Counted from the stretch's first letter, positions 19,304 to 29,214 are shown. The stretch is DNA of 64,000 nucleotides from an uncultured delta proteobacterium (GCA_963822965.1 CAWGJT010000012.1:1-64000), one strand, 5' to 3'. Notes: a model not told the origin generated them from the letters alone. Program-made: numbers and translations.

Positions 19304-20773
19304 ATGTCACCGGGCTCGCACTCCCAGCGCTCGAGCGGCTCGAAGCCTTCCCTCCCCGACGGCCTCGTCGCCTTCGTGAAGAAGGACTGTCCCACCTGCG
19401 TCACCGTCGCGCCGGTGCTGGTCCAGCTCGCCGGCCTCACGCCGCTCACCGTGTTCAGCCAGGACGATCCCGACTTCCCGGAAGGCCTGTCGCCCCGAGA
19501 CGACACGGCCCTCGAGCTCTCGTGGCATCACGAGATCGAGGTGGTCCCCACCTTGTTGCGGATCGAGGACGGACACGAGGTGGAACGCGTCGTCGGCTGG
19601 CAGCGCGACGAGTGGGAGGCGTTCAGCGGGTGTCCGGGGCTCGGGCCCGAGCTGCCCGCCTGGCGTCCGGGCTGCGGCTCGCTCTCGGTCGACCCGGATC
19701 GCGAGGCCGAGCTCGCGGCCCGCTTCGGCGGCTCGCTGCTGCGGGCGCGGCGGGTGGCCCTCGCGGACCTCGAAGACGAGTTCGAGGCCATGCGGAACCG
19801 CGGCTGGAGCGACGGCCTGCCGCTCGTCCCGCCGACGCCGTCGCGGGTGATGGCAATGCTCGCGGGCACCCCCCGAAAGCCCGACGAGGTGGTGGCCGTG
19901 GTGCCGCCCGATCTCGTGCCCTGCTCGGTGGAGAAGGTGGCCATCAACGCCGTGATGGCGGGCTGCCGCCCCGAGTACCTCCCCGTCGTGCTGGCGGCGG
20001 TGGAGGCCGTGTGCACCGACGAGTTCAACATGCACGGACTGCTGGCGACGACCATGGGCGCGGGACCGGTCCTCATCGTCAACGGACCGATCCGCCGCAC
20101 CCTGGGCATGAACAGCGGGATCAACGCCCTGGGGCAGGGAAACCGGGCCAACATGACGATCGGCCGCGCGCTGCAGCTCGTCGTCCGCAACGTGGGCGGT
20201 GGCCGACCCGGCGAGGTGGACCGTGCCACCTTCGGCAACCCGGGAAAGCTCTCCTTCTGCATCGCCGAGGACGAGGAAGGCTCGCCCTGGCGCCCCCTGT
20301 CGGTGGATCTCGGTGCGGAGCCGGGCGTGAACACGGTCACCGCGTTTCCCGGGGAGGGCCCGCGCAACGTCGTCGACCAGCTCTCCCGGGATCCGGAATC
20401 CCTGGCCCGCTCCCTGGCGGTCAACCTGCGGAGCGTGCAGCACCCGAAGCTCGCGATGGCGTTCGACTGCGTGCTGGTGGTCGGCCCCGAGCACGCCCGC
20501 GTCTTCCACCAGGGCGGCTGGGACAAGGCGAAGCTCCTCGCCAGGCTGCACGAGCTGCTCCTCGTGCCCGGTGGAGAGCTGGTGCGCGGTGCGGGCGGCA
20601 TCCAGGAAGGACTGCCCGAGAGCGTGCGGGACGCGACCGTCCCGAAGTTCCGGCCGGGGGGCATCCTCATCGTGCACGCGGGGGGTCGCGCCGGCCTCTT
20701 CTCTGCCATCATCGGCGGCTGGGTGAACGGCGCGACCGGCTCCCAGCCCGTCATCCGGGAGATCACGCCATGA
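19304..20773 (+). CDS. Thioredoxin-fold (CPTC) domain fused to a UGSC-associated conserved domain
   Basis: N-terminal FVKKDCPTC...IEVVPTL (cis-Pro loop); linker RPGCGS; C-domain GWSDGLPLVPPT, EKVAINAVMAGC and NRANMTIGRAL; ATGA overlap with the next gene; start chosen at ATG 19304 behind TACCTT. Confidence 0.8.
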   Translation: MSPGSHSQRSSGSKPSLPDGLVAFVKKDCPTCVTVAPVLVQLAGLTPLTVFSQDDPDFPEGLSPRDDTALELSWHHEIEVVPTLLRIEDGHEVERVVGWQRDEWEAFSGCPGLGPELPAWRPGCGSLSVDPDREAELAARFGGSLLRARRVALADLEDEFEAMRNRGWSDGLPLVPPTPSRVMAMLAGTPRKPDEVVAVVPPDLVPCSVEKVAINAVMAGCRPEYLPVVLAAVEAVCTDEFNMHGLLATTMGAGPVLIVNGPIRRTLGMNSGINALGQGNRANMTIGRALQLVVRNVGGGRPGEVDRATFGNPGKLSFCIAEDEEGSPWRPLSVDLGAEPGVNTVTAFPGEGPRNVVDQLSRDPESLARSLAVNLRSVQHPKLAMAFDCVLVVGPEHARVFHQGGWDKAKLLARLHELLLVPGGELVRGAGGIQEGLPESVRDATVPKFRPGGILIVHAGGRAGLFSAIIGGWVNGATGSQPVIREITP

Positions 20774-21510
20774 CTACGCGAGACCCGAGAAGCGAGCGCA
20801 TCCTGCTCGATCCCACCAGCGAGCGCAGCCTGGCGATTCGCGAGCGGGTGGCGCGGCTGGGCTCCCTGGAAGGCCGGACCGTGGGCCTGCTGGACATCTC
20901 GAAGCCCCGGGGAGACCTGTTCCTGGACTGCATCCAGGCCCGGCTCGAGGAGCGCGGCGCGAAGGCCATCCGCTACCGCAAGCCGACGTTCACCAAGCCG
21001 GCGCCGCCGAACCTGCGGGGCGAGATCGCCAGCCAGTGCGACGCGGTGATCGAAGCCCTGGCGGATTGAGGCTCCTGCACGTCGTGCAGTGTGCACGACA
21101 TGACCGAGCTGGAGATCCGGGGGCTGCCCACGGTCTTCGTCGCCACCGTCGAGTTCGCCGACGGCGCCGCGCGCCAGCAGGCGGCCTTGGGCTCCGACCT
21201 GGCGGCGGTCTTCGTCCCGCACCCGATCCAGGACCGCACCGACGACGAGATGCGGGAGATCGCGGATCGCGCGTTCGACGCGCTGCTGGCCGGACTCGTG
21301 GCGCCGCACGGACGACCCGCGGGACTGATCCGTCGCGCTGGCCTGCGGCACGCGAGAAGCGCGCGGAATGACGCATTGGGGCTAGAGCTCGTCGCGCTGG
21401 CGCTCGGCGTCCGGGCTGAGGGGCAGCGCCACGATCTCGTGGGGGCTGGCCGCGGGCCGCTCCTCGACCTCGGTCACGAAGCCGTTCAGGCGGTCGATCA
21501 GCTGCCGTAG
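20770..21510 (+). CDS. UGSC family selenoprotein (TGA 21067-21069 read as Sec); true 3' end probably nearer 21330
   Basis: Frame continues through TGA: VIEALAD-U-GSCTSCSVHD..ELE.RG.PTV...VPHPIQ; SECIS-like hairpin 11 nt downstream. Confidence 0.85.
21081..21099 (+). promoter_or_regulatory. Bacterial SECIS-like element
   Basis: GTCGTGCA-GTG-TGCACGAC: perfect 8-bp stem, loop starting GU, beginning 11 nt after the UGA. Confidence 0.75.
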
Positions 21511-22515
21511 CCGGCCGACCGAGTGCCGGTTGAAGTGGAGCGCGATGCGCGGCAACCCCGGCGTCTCGTCCGATTCCGGTCGGAGCGGCTCGGTGGCCTC
21601 GATGCCTCCCCGCACGAGCAGGTCCGAGAACTCGTCGTTCAGCATCCCGAGCTGCTCCAGCGACGGCGCATGGCACAGCCGGATCACGAGTCGCTCGCCG
21701 ACGTAGCGGCTCGAGTGGTAGTTGCGGTAGAAGCCGAGGATCTCTCCCACCGCCTCCTGCACGTCGTCGGTCACGACGAAGAGCGACAGGTCCGCTTCCG
21801 AAATCATGCCCCGGGAGTGCAGATGCGAGACGACGTACTCCCGCCAGTCGCGCCAGTAGGACCCACCCGGCGTATCGATGAAGACCACCGGCAGGATCTC
21901 GCCCTTGCCCGTCTGGATCAGCGTGAGGGACTCGTAGCCCTCGTCGTGGGTGCCGAAGCCGCCGGGGAACAGGGCGATCGCGTGCGATTCCTTCACGAAC
22001 GTGATCTTGCGCGAGAAGAAGTACCGGAAGTTGATGAGCTTCGGATCGTTCGCGATGACGGGATTCGGGTACTGCTCGAACGGGAGCTGGATGTTGACGG
22101 CGAAGGACGCGTCCCGGCCCGCACCGCGCTGGGCGGCCTCCATGATCCCGCCCCCGCCGCCGGTGATGGTCATCCAGCCGGCGGCCGTCATGGCGGCGGC
22201 GAACGCCTCCGCCTGCTGCCACGCCGGCTCGCCGCGTCTCGTGCGGGCGCTGCCGAACGCCGAGACCTTGCGCACGCCGCGATACGGCTCGAAGACCCGG
22301 AACGCGTGGCGCAGCTCCTTGATCGCGCTGTTCAGCAGCTTCAGGTCGCCGGTCCCCACCCCTTCCCGGGCCAGGCCGACGACGCTGACGAGCATCTGGC
22401 GGACGAGGTCCGGCGCTTCGAGGGGACCGAAGCGCGCCTCGGTGGCCGCCACCAGGGCCTCGATGGCACCGTCGAGCTCGGGATCACGCAGTTCGTAACG
22501 TCGGCGAGCGGGCAT
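21382..22515 (-). CDS. LOG family protein (long TIGR00730-type nucleotide phosphoribohydrolase-like)
   Basis: VSAFGSART, ITGGGGGIMEA, NIQLPFEQ.PN, FRYFFSRK and PGGFGTHDE. Confidence 0.9.
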   Translation of the reverse strand: MPARRRYELRDPELDGAIEALVAATEARFGPLEAPDLVRQMLVSVVGLAREGVGTGDLKLLNSAIKELRHAFRVFEPYRGVRKVSAFGSARTRRGEPAWQQAEAFAAAMTAAGWMTITGGGGGIMEAAQRGAGRDASFAVNIQLPFEQYPNPVIANDPKLINFRYFFSRKITFVKESHAIALFPGGFGTHDEGYESLTLIQTGKGEILPVVFIDTPGGSYWRDWREYVVSHLHSRGMISEADLSLFVVTDDVQEAVGEILGFYRNYHSSRYVGERLVIRLCHAPSLEQLGMLNDEFSDLLVRGGIEATEPLRPESDETPGLPRIALHFNRHSVGRLRQLIDRLNGFVTEVEERPAASPHEIVALPLSPDAERQRDEL

Positions 22516-22617
22516 GGCCGCAGCATAGGCAGCCGGACCTCCTGCGGACAGGGCGCGGGCGGATGAGCATGTCCGAAAACGGCCAGTCCGGAGGGCGGAC
22601 CACGCTATACCCCCGTC

Positions 22618-24180
22618 ATGGACCTCGACGCCAGCGCCTGCTACCGCGCCCTGCAGACCCGGGACGCCCGCTTCGACGGCCGCTTCTTCGTCGCCGTCCG
22701 GACCACCGGGGTCTACTGTCGTCCGGTCTGCCCGGCGCGCACGCCCCGCCTCGAGAACTGCCTCTTCCTGCCGTGCGCGGCCGCCGCCCAGGAGGCCGGC
22801 TACCGGCCGTGCCTGCGCTGCCGCCCGGAGGCGTCCCCGGGGACGCCGGCCTGGCACGGAACGTCCGCCACCGTCTCGCGGGCGCTCCGGCTCATCGCCC
22901 AGGGCGCACTCGACGAAGGCACGGTGGACGAGCTGTCGACGCGTCTCGGTGTCGGCGAGCGCCACCTGCGTCGGCTCTTCCTCGAGCACCTCGGCGCGTC
23001 GCCCGTGGCGGTCGCCCAGACGCGCCGGCTGCTCTTCGCGAAGAAGCTCATCGACGAGACGCACCTGCCCATGTCCGAGATCGCGTTCGCCGCGGGCTTC
23101 GCCAGCATCCGCCGCTTCAACGCCGCGGTCCGCAAGGCGTGGGACCGGGCCCCCCGAGACCTGCGTCGCGGCCGCCGGAGCCCGCTGCCCGCGATGTCGA
23201 TCGACGCCGCGACCGTCCGCAGCGGGCCCCTGCTCCGCCTGCGTCTGCCGTTCCGGCCGCCCTTCGACTGGGAGGCCCTGGCGGGCTTCCTCGCGTTGCG
23301 GGCGATCCCGGGGGTCGAGCGCGTCTCGACCGACGGCTACACCCGCAGCTTCCGGCTGGGCGACGCGGCGGGCGTCGTCGGGGTGGCGCCCGCCCCGGGC
23401 GAGAACCATCTCATCGCTACGATCCGCCTGAGCGGACCTGCGCCGATCATCCGCCTGAGCGAGCGTCTGCGGCTGCTCTTCGACCTGTCCGCCGACCCCG
23501 AGCGTATCGCCGCCCAGCTGGTTCGCGACCCGGCGCTTCGTTCGCGCCTGCGGGCCCACCCGGGGCTGCGGGTGCCGGGCGCCTGGGACGGCTTCGAGCT
23601 GGCGGTGCGCGCGATCCTGGGCCAGCAGGTGAGCGTGCGGGGAGCGACGACCCTGGCGGGCCGCATCGCGCGCGTCTACGGCGAGCCGCTGCCGGCCGCG
23701 TGCCACGAGGACGACGAAGACGCCCCGAGCCGGCTCTTCCCTCCCGCGGAAGCCCTGGTCGATCTCGACCCCGCCGCCGTCGGACTCACCCGGGCTCGCG
23801 CCGCCGCGATCCGTGCCGTGGCCCGGGCGGTCGCCGGGGGCGACCTCGATCTGGACGCCTCGCCGGGCCTGGAAGAGACCGTCGAACGTCTGGCGGCGCT
23901 GCCCGGAGTGGGAGAGTGGACCGCGCAGTACATCGCCATGCGCGCGCTGCACGAGCCCGACGCGTTCCCGGCGTCGGACCTGGGCCTGCGCAAAGCCCTC
24001 GGCGCCGGAGGTCGGCCGGCCTCGACCCGGGAGACCGCGTCCCGCGCGGAATCCTGGCGCCCGTGGCGCGCGTACGCGGCGGTCCACCTGTGGACGGACG
24101 CCCCGGCACGCCAGGCGCGCGCCACCCCGGCCCGCCGCTCCCGCGGCGGAGCGAACCCGAAGAGGAGGGTCACCCGATGA
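22618..24180 (+). CDS. alkA: Ada-AlkA fusion: Ada Zn-binding/AraC regulator plus DNA-3-methyladenine glycosylase II
   Basis: RDARFDGRFFVAVRTTGVYCRPVC, GYRPCLRCRPE, AraC HTH, ELAVRAILGQQVS, LPGVGEWTA.Y and WRPWRAYA. Confidence 0.93.
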   Translation: MDLDASACYRALQTRDARFDGRFFVAVRTTGVYCRPVCPARTPRLENCLFLPCAAAAQEAGYRPCLRCRPEASPGTPAWHGTSATVSRALRLIAQGALDEGTVDELSTRLGVGERHLRRLFLEHLGASPVAVAQTRRLLFAKKLIDETHLPMSEIAFAAGFASIRRFNAAVRKAWDRAPRDLRRGRRSPLPAMSIDAATVRSGPLLRLRLPFRPPFDWEALAGFLALRAIPGVERVSTDGYTRSFRLGDAAGVVGVAPAPGENHLIATIRLSGPAPIIRLSERLRLLFDLSADPERIAAQLVRDPALRSRLRAHPGLRVPGAWDGFELAVRAILGQQVSVRGATTLAGRIARVYGEPLPAACHEDDEDAPSRLFPPAEALVDLDPAAVGLTRARAAAIRAVARAVAGGDLDLDASPGLEETVERLAALPGVGEWTAQYIAMRALHEPDAFPASDLGLRKALGAGGRPASTRETASRAESWRPWRAYAAVHLWTDAPARQARATPARRSRGGANPKRRVTR

Positions 24181-24683
24181 CCGAGCTACGCGTCGACCAC
24201 CTGGAATCTCCCGTGGGAGCCATCCGCTTGTTCGTGCGCGGCGAGGCGCTGTGCGCCCTCGACCTGCTGGACGAGGAGGACATGCGCGCGCGCCTCGCGG
24301 CGCGCTACGACGCGCCGCGCTTCGTCGAGTGCGACGATCCCGCGGGCCACCGGAGCCGCCTGCAGGAGTACTTCGCGGGCCGTCACGGTGCCCTGGACGA
24401 GATCGCCGTGGAGCCCGGAGGCACCGCGTTCCAACGCCGGGTCTGGCAGGCCCTGCGCGAGATCCGCTGCGGAGAGACGAAGAGCTACGGGGAGATCGCC
24501 CGGGCGATCGGAAGCCCGGGAGCGTCCCGGGCGGTGGGCATGGCGAACCACCGCAACCCCATCACGATCGTGGTCCCCTGCCACCGGGTCGTGAACGGCG
24601 ACCGCAGCCTCGGCGGCTACGCGGGCGGAGCGCAGCGCAAGCGCTGGCTGCTGGCGCACGAGAAGGCGTTGCTGCTCGGGTAG
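24177..24683 (+). CDS. ogt: Methylated-DNA--protein-cysteine methyltransferase
   Basis: GTAFQRRVW, SYGEIA, RAVG and VPCHRV active site; ATGA overlap with alkA. Confidence 0.93.
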   Translation: MTELRVDHLESPVGAIRLFVRGEALCALDLLDEEDMRARLAARYDAPRFVECDDPAGHRSRLQEYFAGRHGALDEIAVEPGGTAFQRRVWQALREIRCGETKSYGEIARAIGSPGASRAVGMANHRNPITIVVPCHRVVNGDRSLGGYAGGAQRKRWLLAHEKALLLG

Positions 24684-24714
24684 CCGGCCCCGGTCGATCC
24701 GCCCGAGCCGCGCG

Positions 24715-25500
24715 CTACTCCTCGCGGAGCCGCACCTTGTAGTTGCCGCGGTTCGAGTCGTACTCGAGGTCGATGTAGCCCTCTTCCTCGGCCTCCTTCA
24801 GGAGCTCCGCGAAGCTCTGGAAGCCGAAGTAGCTCTCGTTGAAGCCGGGGTTCACGCGGCGGATGGTCTGCTTCACCATCGAGCCCCAGAGCGGGTCGTA
24901 GTCGAGGGCCAGGGAGCGCACGATCTCCATCACCTCGTCCAGGCCCTCCTGGCGCTTGCCGTCCTCGCTCCGCTCGGGCTTCCCCTCGACCTTCGGCTTC
25001 GTCCGCACGGTCTTCTTGCGGGGCTTCGTGGCGGCGCGCACGAGGTCGTCGTAGTAGATGAACTCGTCGCAGTTGGAGATCAGCAGGTTCGAGGTGGAAT
25101 TCTTCACCCCGCATCCCACCACGCGCTTGTCGTTCTCCTTGAGCTTCGAGACGAGGGGCGAGAAGTCGCTGTCGCCCGTCAGCAAGGCGAACAGGTCGAT
25201 GTGCTGCTTCGAGTAACAGAGGTCGAGCGCGTCCACCACCATGTGGATGTCGGCGCTGTTCTTTCCGCTCATCTTGCTGCGCGGGATGTCGACCAACTCG
25301 ATGCCCTGGGCGTGGAACTCGCGCACCTGGTTTCGGTAGCCGCTCCAGTCGCAGTAGGCGCGTTTGAACACGATGCGCCCCTTCTCCAGCAGGCGCTTCA
25401 GGATGAGCTGGATCGAGAAGTCGCCCCCCTTCATGTCGCGCACGCCGAGTGCGAGATTCTCGAAATCCACGAAGACGGCGATCAACGGCTCGTCGGACAT
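24715..25500 (-). CDS. NYN (LabA/DUF88) domain protein with C-terminal OST-HTH/LOTUS domain
   Basis: VFVDFEN, GKNSADI, GDSDFSPL, CDEFIYYD and PGFNESYFGFQSF. Confidence 0.9.
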   Translation of the reverse strand: MSDEPLIAVFVDFENLALGVRDMKGGDFSIQLILKRLLEKGRIVFKRAYCDWSGYRNQVREFHAQGIELVDIPRSKMSGKNSADIHMVVDALDLCYSKQHIDLFALLTGDSDFSPLVSKLKENDKRVVGCGVKNSTSNLLISNCDEFIYYDDLVRAATKPRKKTVRTKPKVEGKPERSEDGKRQEGLDEVMEIVRSLALDYDPLWGSMVKQTIRRVNPGFNESYFGFQSFAELLKEAEEEGYIDLEYDSNRGNYKVRLREE

Positions 25501-25634
25501 TCTCTCTCCTCGAGGCCCTTGCGGGGAGGGCGCTTCTTCTTCACGCGTGGAGGGGCGCGTCGGTGAAATGGGTGAACGCGGCGGCGAAGGGTACCGCGGT
25601 GAAGTCGGTCCGGCGGCGAAGTGGAGGCCAAAGG

Positions 25635-26405
25635 TCAGGCGAGTCCCGAGATCCCGCCGTCCACCGGAATCACGGTACCCGTCACGTAGGCGCCCGCGCG
25701 GGAGGTGAGATAGATCGCGATCCCCGCCATGTCGTCGGGGCGCCCGATGCGGCCCAGGGGGTTCGTCTTCGCGATCATGTCGCCGAAACGGTCGAGGGTC
25801 GCGGCCATCATCTGGCTCTCGAAGGGCCCGGGCGCCACGGCGTTCACCGTGATGCGCTTCGGGGCCAGGGTCTTCGCCAGGTGGCGGGTGAGCATGTGCA
25901 CGGCCGCCTTGCTCGACGAGTAGGCCCAGGTCTCGAGGGCCGGCACCTTGATGCCGTCGATGGATCCGATGTTGATGACGCGCGCCGGATCGTCGTCGCT
26001 GGCCGCCTTCTCGAGCAGGGGCGTGCACGCGCGCGTGAGGAAGAAGACCCCCTTCACGTTGAGATCGAGCACGCGGTCCCAGCCCGAGGCGGGATAGTCC
26101 TCGAAGGGGGCCCCCCAGTTCGCGCCGGCGTTGTTGACCAGGATGTCGAGCTTCGGCTCGCGCGAGCCGATCTCCGAGGCCAGCCGGAGGCACTCCGCCT
26201 CCTCGCTCAGGTTCGCCGGCAGGGAGGTGCAGCTCCCCAGCTTCGAGAGCTCGGCTGCGACCTCGTCGCAGACGGCCTGCTTGCGCGAGCTGATGTAGAC
26301 GCGCGCTCCCGCCTCCACGAAGCCCCGGGCGATCATCAGCCCGATTCCCCGGCTGCCGCCCGTGACGAGCGCGGTCTTGCCCTCTATGGAGAAGAGATCA
26401 CTCAC
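25635..26405 (-). CDS. Short-chain dehydrogenase/reductase (RhlG-like)
   Basis: TGGSRGIG, NNAG, YSSSK and NAVAPG. Confidence 0.92.
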   Translation of the reverse strand: MSDLFSIEGKTALVTGGSRGIGLMIARGFVEAGARVYISSRKQAVCDEVAAELSKLGSCTSLPANLSEEAECLRLASEIGSREPKLDILVNNAGANWGAPFEDYPASGWDRVLDLNVKGVFFLTRACTPLLEKAASDDDPARVINIGSIDGIKVPALETWAYSSSKAAVHMLTRHLAKTLAPKRITVNAVAPGPFESQMMAATLDRFGDMIAKTNPLGRIGRPDDMAGIAIYLTSRAGAYVTGTVIPVDGGISGLA

Positions 26406-26513
26406 GAATGGCTCCTGTCGGCGGCTCTCGTCGATGCTTCACGCGGGCCTGGAAGGTCGATTCGCGCGGCTCGTCTTCCCACGCGGCGCGTCGGAGGTTA
26501 GCCTACCCCCGGC

Positions 26514-27653
26514 ATGGCGGAGCACGTGCTCGAGCAATGGGTTGCGGGCCGCGCGACGCCCGAGGGTACCCGGCGTTTCGCCGAGCGTTTCTCGCACCTG
26601 CCCGGGCACTTCCGCCGGCCTGACGCCCTCCACCTCTCGTCCCTCGCACTCGGCACGCGCCGGGGACGGCCCGGCGGCGTCGAGGATCTGCTGCTGCGTT
26701 CGGCGGTCGCGCAATGCCTCGAGGGGGGCGTCAACGTCCTGGATACCGCGCTCTCCGACCGCAACTACACGAGTGAGCGCGCGCTGGGGAGCGCCCTGCG
26801 CCGGGCCATCGCCGAAGGCACCGTCGCGCGGGACGAGGTCGTGGTGGTGACGAAGGGCGGCGAGCTGACCCTCGACGCCGAGGCCCTCGCCCACGGACAT
26901 CCCCAGCACGAGCTCCACGCGACGTACGTCCGCACGGGCATCCTCGATCCCGAGACCGTGCGGGGCGGAAACTGCCTGGCGCCGGGCTTCCTGCTGGATC
27001 AGATCGAGCGAAGCCGCCGCAACCTGGGCCTCGCCACCCTCGACGTGTACCTCGTGCAGGAGCCCGAGCTGCATTGCAAGGCCCTCGGCCCGAGCGCCTT
27101 CCGCCGGACCCTGTGCGAGATCTTCGAAGCGCTGGAGCGGGCCGTGAGCGACGGGAAGATCGGGGCCTACGGGATCTGCAGCTGGAGCGGGTTCCTCGTC
27201 CCCCATAGCGACCGCGAGCACCTCTCGCTGGTGGACGTCTTCGAGGCGGCTCTCGACGCGGGGAGCGCGGACCACCACCTGCGGGTGCTGCAGCTTCCCT
27301 ATGGGCTGGCCATGGGCGAGGGCGCGGGTCTCGCTTCGCAGCTCGGTCCCGACGGCCACTCTCGCGCCCTCCTCGAGAGCCTGGCCGGAACGGGAACCGC
27401 CGTGCTCGCCAGCGCCCCGCTCTACGGCGGCCGCCTCGTCGGCCGGCTCCCCAAGGAGATCCGCGAAGCCTTTCCGGGGACGACCGGCGACGCCCAGGCC
27501 TGCCTCCAGTTCGTGCGCAGCACGGCGGGGATCACGTCGGCAGTGGTCGGGATGTCCGACCCGGAGCACGTCGAGGACGACCTGGCCCTCGCGCGCATCC
27601 CCCCCGCCGACCCCGACGTTCCCGCGGAGCTCTTCCGCCGCTTCGCTTCGTGA
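26514..27653 (+). CDS. Aldo/keto reductase
   Basis: LSSLALGT, GVNVLDTA, SERALG, VTKGG, LDVYLVQEPE, QLP and VVGMS..EH. Confidence 0.8.
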   Translation: MAEHVLEQWVAGRATPEGTRRFAERFSHLPGHFRRPDALHLSSLALGTRRGRPGGVEDLLLRSAVAQCLEGGVNVLDTALSDRNYTSERALGSALRRAIAEGTVARDEVVVVTKGGELTLDAEALAHGHPQHELHATYVRTGILDPETVRGGNCLAPGFLLDQIERSRRNLGLATLDVYLVQEPELHCKALGPSAFRRTLCEIFEALERAVSDGKIGAYGICSWSGFLVPHSDREHLSLVDVFEAALDAGSADHHLRVLQLPYGLAMGEGAGLASQLGPDGHSRALLESLAGTGTAVLASAPLYGGRLVGRLPKEIREAFPGTTGDAQACLQFVRSTAGITSAVVGMSDPEHVEDDLALARIPPADPDVPAELFRRFAS

Positions 27654-27674
27654 CGGCGCCGCGCGCCGCGCGGG

Positions 27675-29214
27675 TCAGCCGAGGAGCCGCCGCAGGGGCC
27701 CGTCGAAGACGAGCCGGATGATCCGCTTCAGGCTCGCGTCCTTCTTCGCCGTGTAGGGATAGAAGCTCCGGACCTGCTTGCCGCCGAAGCGATCCGTCAC
27801 GATCGGCAGCGTGTGGCAATAGGTCCGCAGTCCGCTCTGGCCGTTCACCTGTCCGACGCCGCTGTTCTTGAGGCCGCCGAAGGGTGCCTCCGGACAGCCG
27901 TAGGTCATGGTCATGTCGTTGATGCAGACGCCTCCCGACTCCAGACGCTTGGCGATCTCGGCCCCCTTGTAGACGTCCTTCGTCCAGACGGTCGCCGACA
28001 GCCCGTAGCCGCTGTCGTTCGCGAGGCGCAGCGCCTCCTCTTCGTCGCGAACGCGCATGATGGGCAGGATCGGGCCGAAGGTCTCGTCCCGCATGATCTG
28101 CATGTCGTTGTCGACGTCCGTGAGCACGGTGGGCTCGTAGTAGAGACCCTTGAGGGCCGGGTTGCGACGGCCGCCCACGCGCACGGCGGCGCCCTTCGCG
28201 ACGGCGTCCGCCATGTGACGCTCGATCACGTCGAGCTGACGGTCCCAGAAGATGGCCCCGACGTCGAACTCCCCGCTCGCGCCCTGTCGCAGCTGGCCGG
28301 CGCGCCGCACCACCTCGTCGATGAAGGCGTCCGCCACCTCGTCGACGACGTACACGCGCTCGGTTCCGCAGCAGTACTGCCCCGTGTTCATGTAGGCGCC
28401 CGCCAGCGCGCCCGCCGCCGCGCTCTCGACGTCGGCGTCGGCGCACACGATCATCGGATCCTTGCCGCCGAGCTCCAGGGTGCAGGGGATCAGCCGCTCG
28501 GCGCACGCCACGGCGACCCGACGGCCGGTCGCGACGCTGCCCGTGAAGCAGACCTTGTCGACGCCGGCCTCGCACAGGGCGGCCCCGGTCTCGCCGTCGC
28601 CGGTGAGCACCTGGAGCACGCCGTCGGGAAGCCCGGCCTCCCGGAAGATCTCGGCCACGAGCGCGCCGGACCGCGGGGTCACCTCCGAGGGCTTGAGGAG
28701 CACGGCGTTGCCCGCCACCAGGGCCTGGGCGGTCGGGTTGACGCCCAGGATGAACGGGCCGTTCCAGGGCGTGATGATGCCGACCACGCCGAGGGGGCGG
28801 TACACGACCTGCAGCTTCTTCACGAAGCGCAAGCATGCCGTGCAGCCTTCGCTTCTCCGGCCGCAGGAACTCCGGCGCGCGCTTCGCGTAGTAGGACAGG
28901 ACGTCGCAGCTGGCGAAGATCTCCATGGAGAGCGCCTCGCTGCGGGCCTTGCCGGTCTCCGAGAGGACGGTCTCGATGATCTCGTCCTGCCGCTGGATCA
29001 CCCCCTTGAGGGCGCGCTCGAGATAGCGGGCCCGCTCCTCGACGGGCAGCGCGGCCCACTCGGGCTGGGCCTTGCGGGCACGGCCGAGCGCCTCGCGCAC
29101 GTCCTCGGCGGTCTGCACCTCGATCTCGTCGATCGGCTCGAGGGTGGCCGGGCTGCGCAGCTGGAGCCGGCGCCGGCCGCCGGCGACGGGCTCGAGAGGC
29201 TGGACGATCGCCAT
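27675..29214 (-). CDS. Aldehyde dehydrogenase; one frameshift near 28830
   Basis: ITPWN, LKPSE, FTGS, LELGGKDP, GQYCC and ETFGP; the N-terminal part (ARKAQPEWA, ETGK) is in another frame. Confidence 0.9.

Noticed and set aside
21091..21510. Independent 139-aa CDS
   Set aside because: Better explained as the post-UGA half of the selenoprotein; it has no RBS, and its tail overlaps the LOG gene
24715..25500. NYN and macrodomain genes as an anti-phage defence island
   Set aside because: Both are common stand-alone types, lie 28 kb apart, and have no defence or mobile genes nearby
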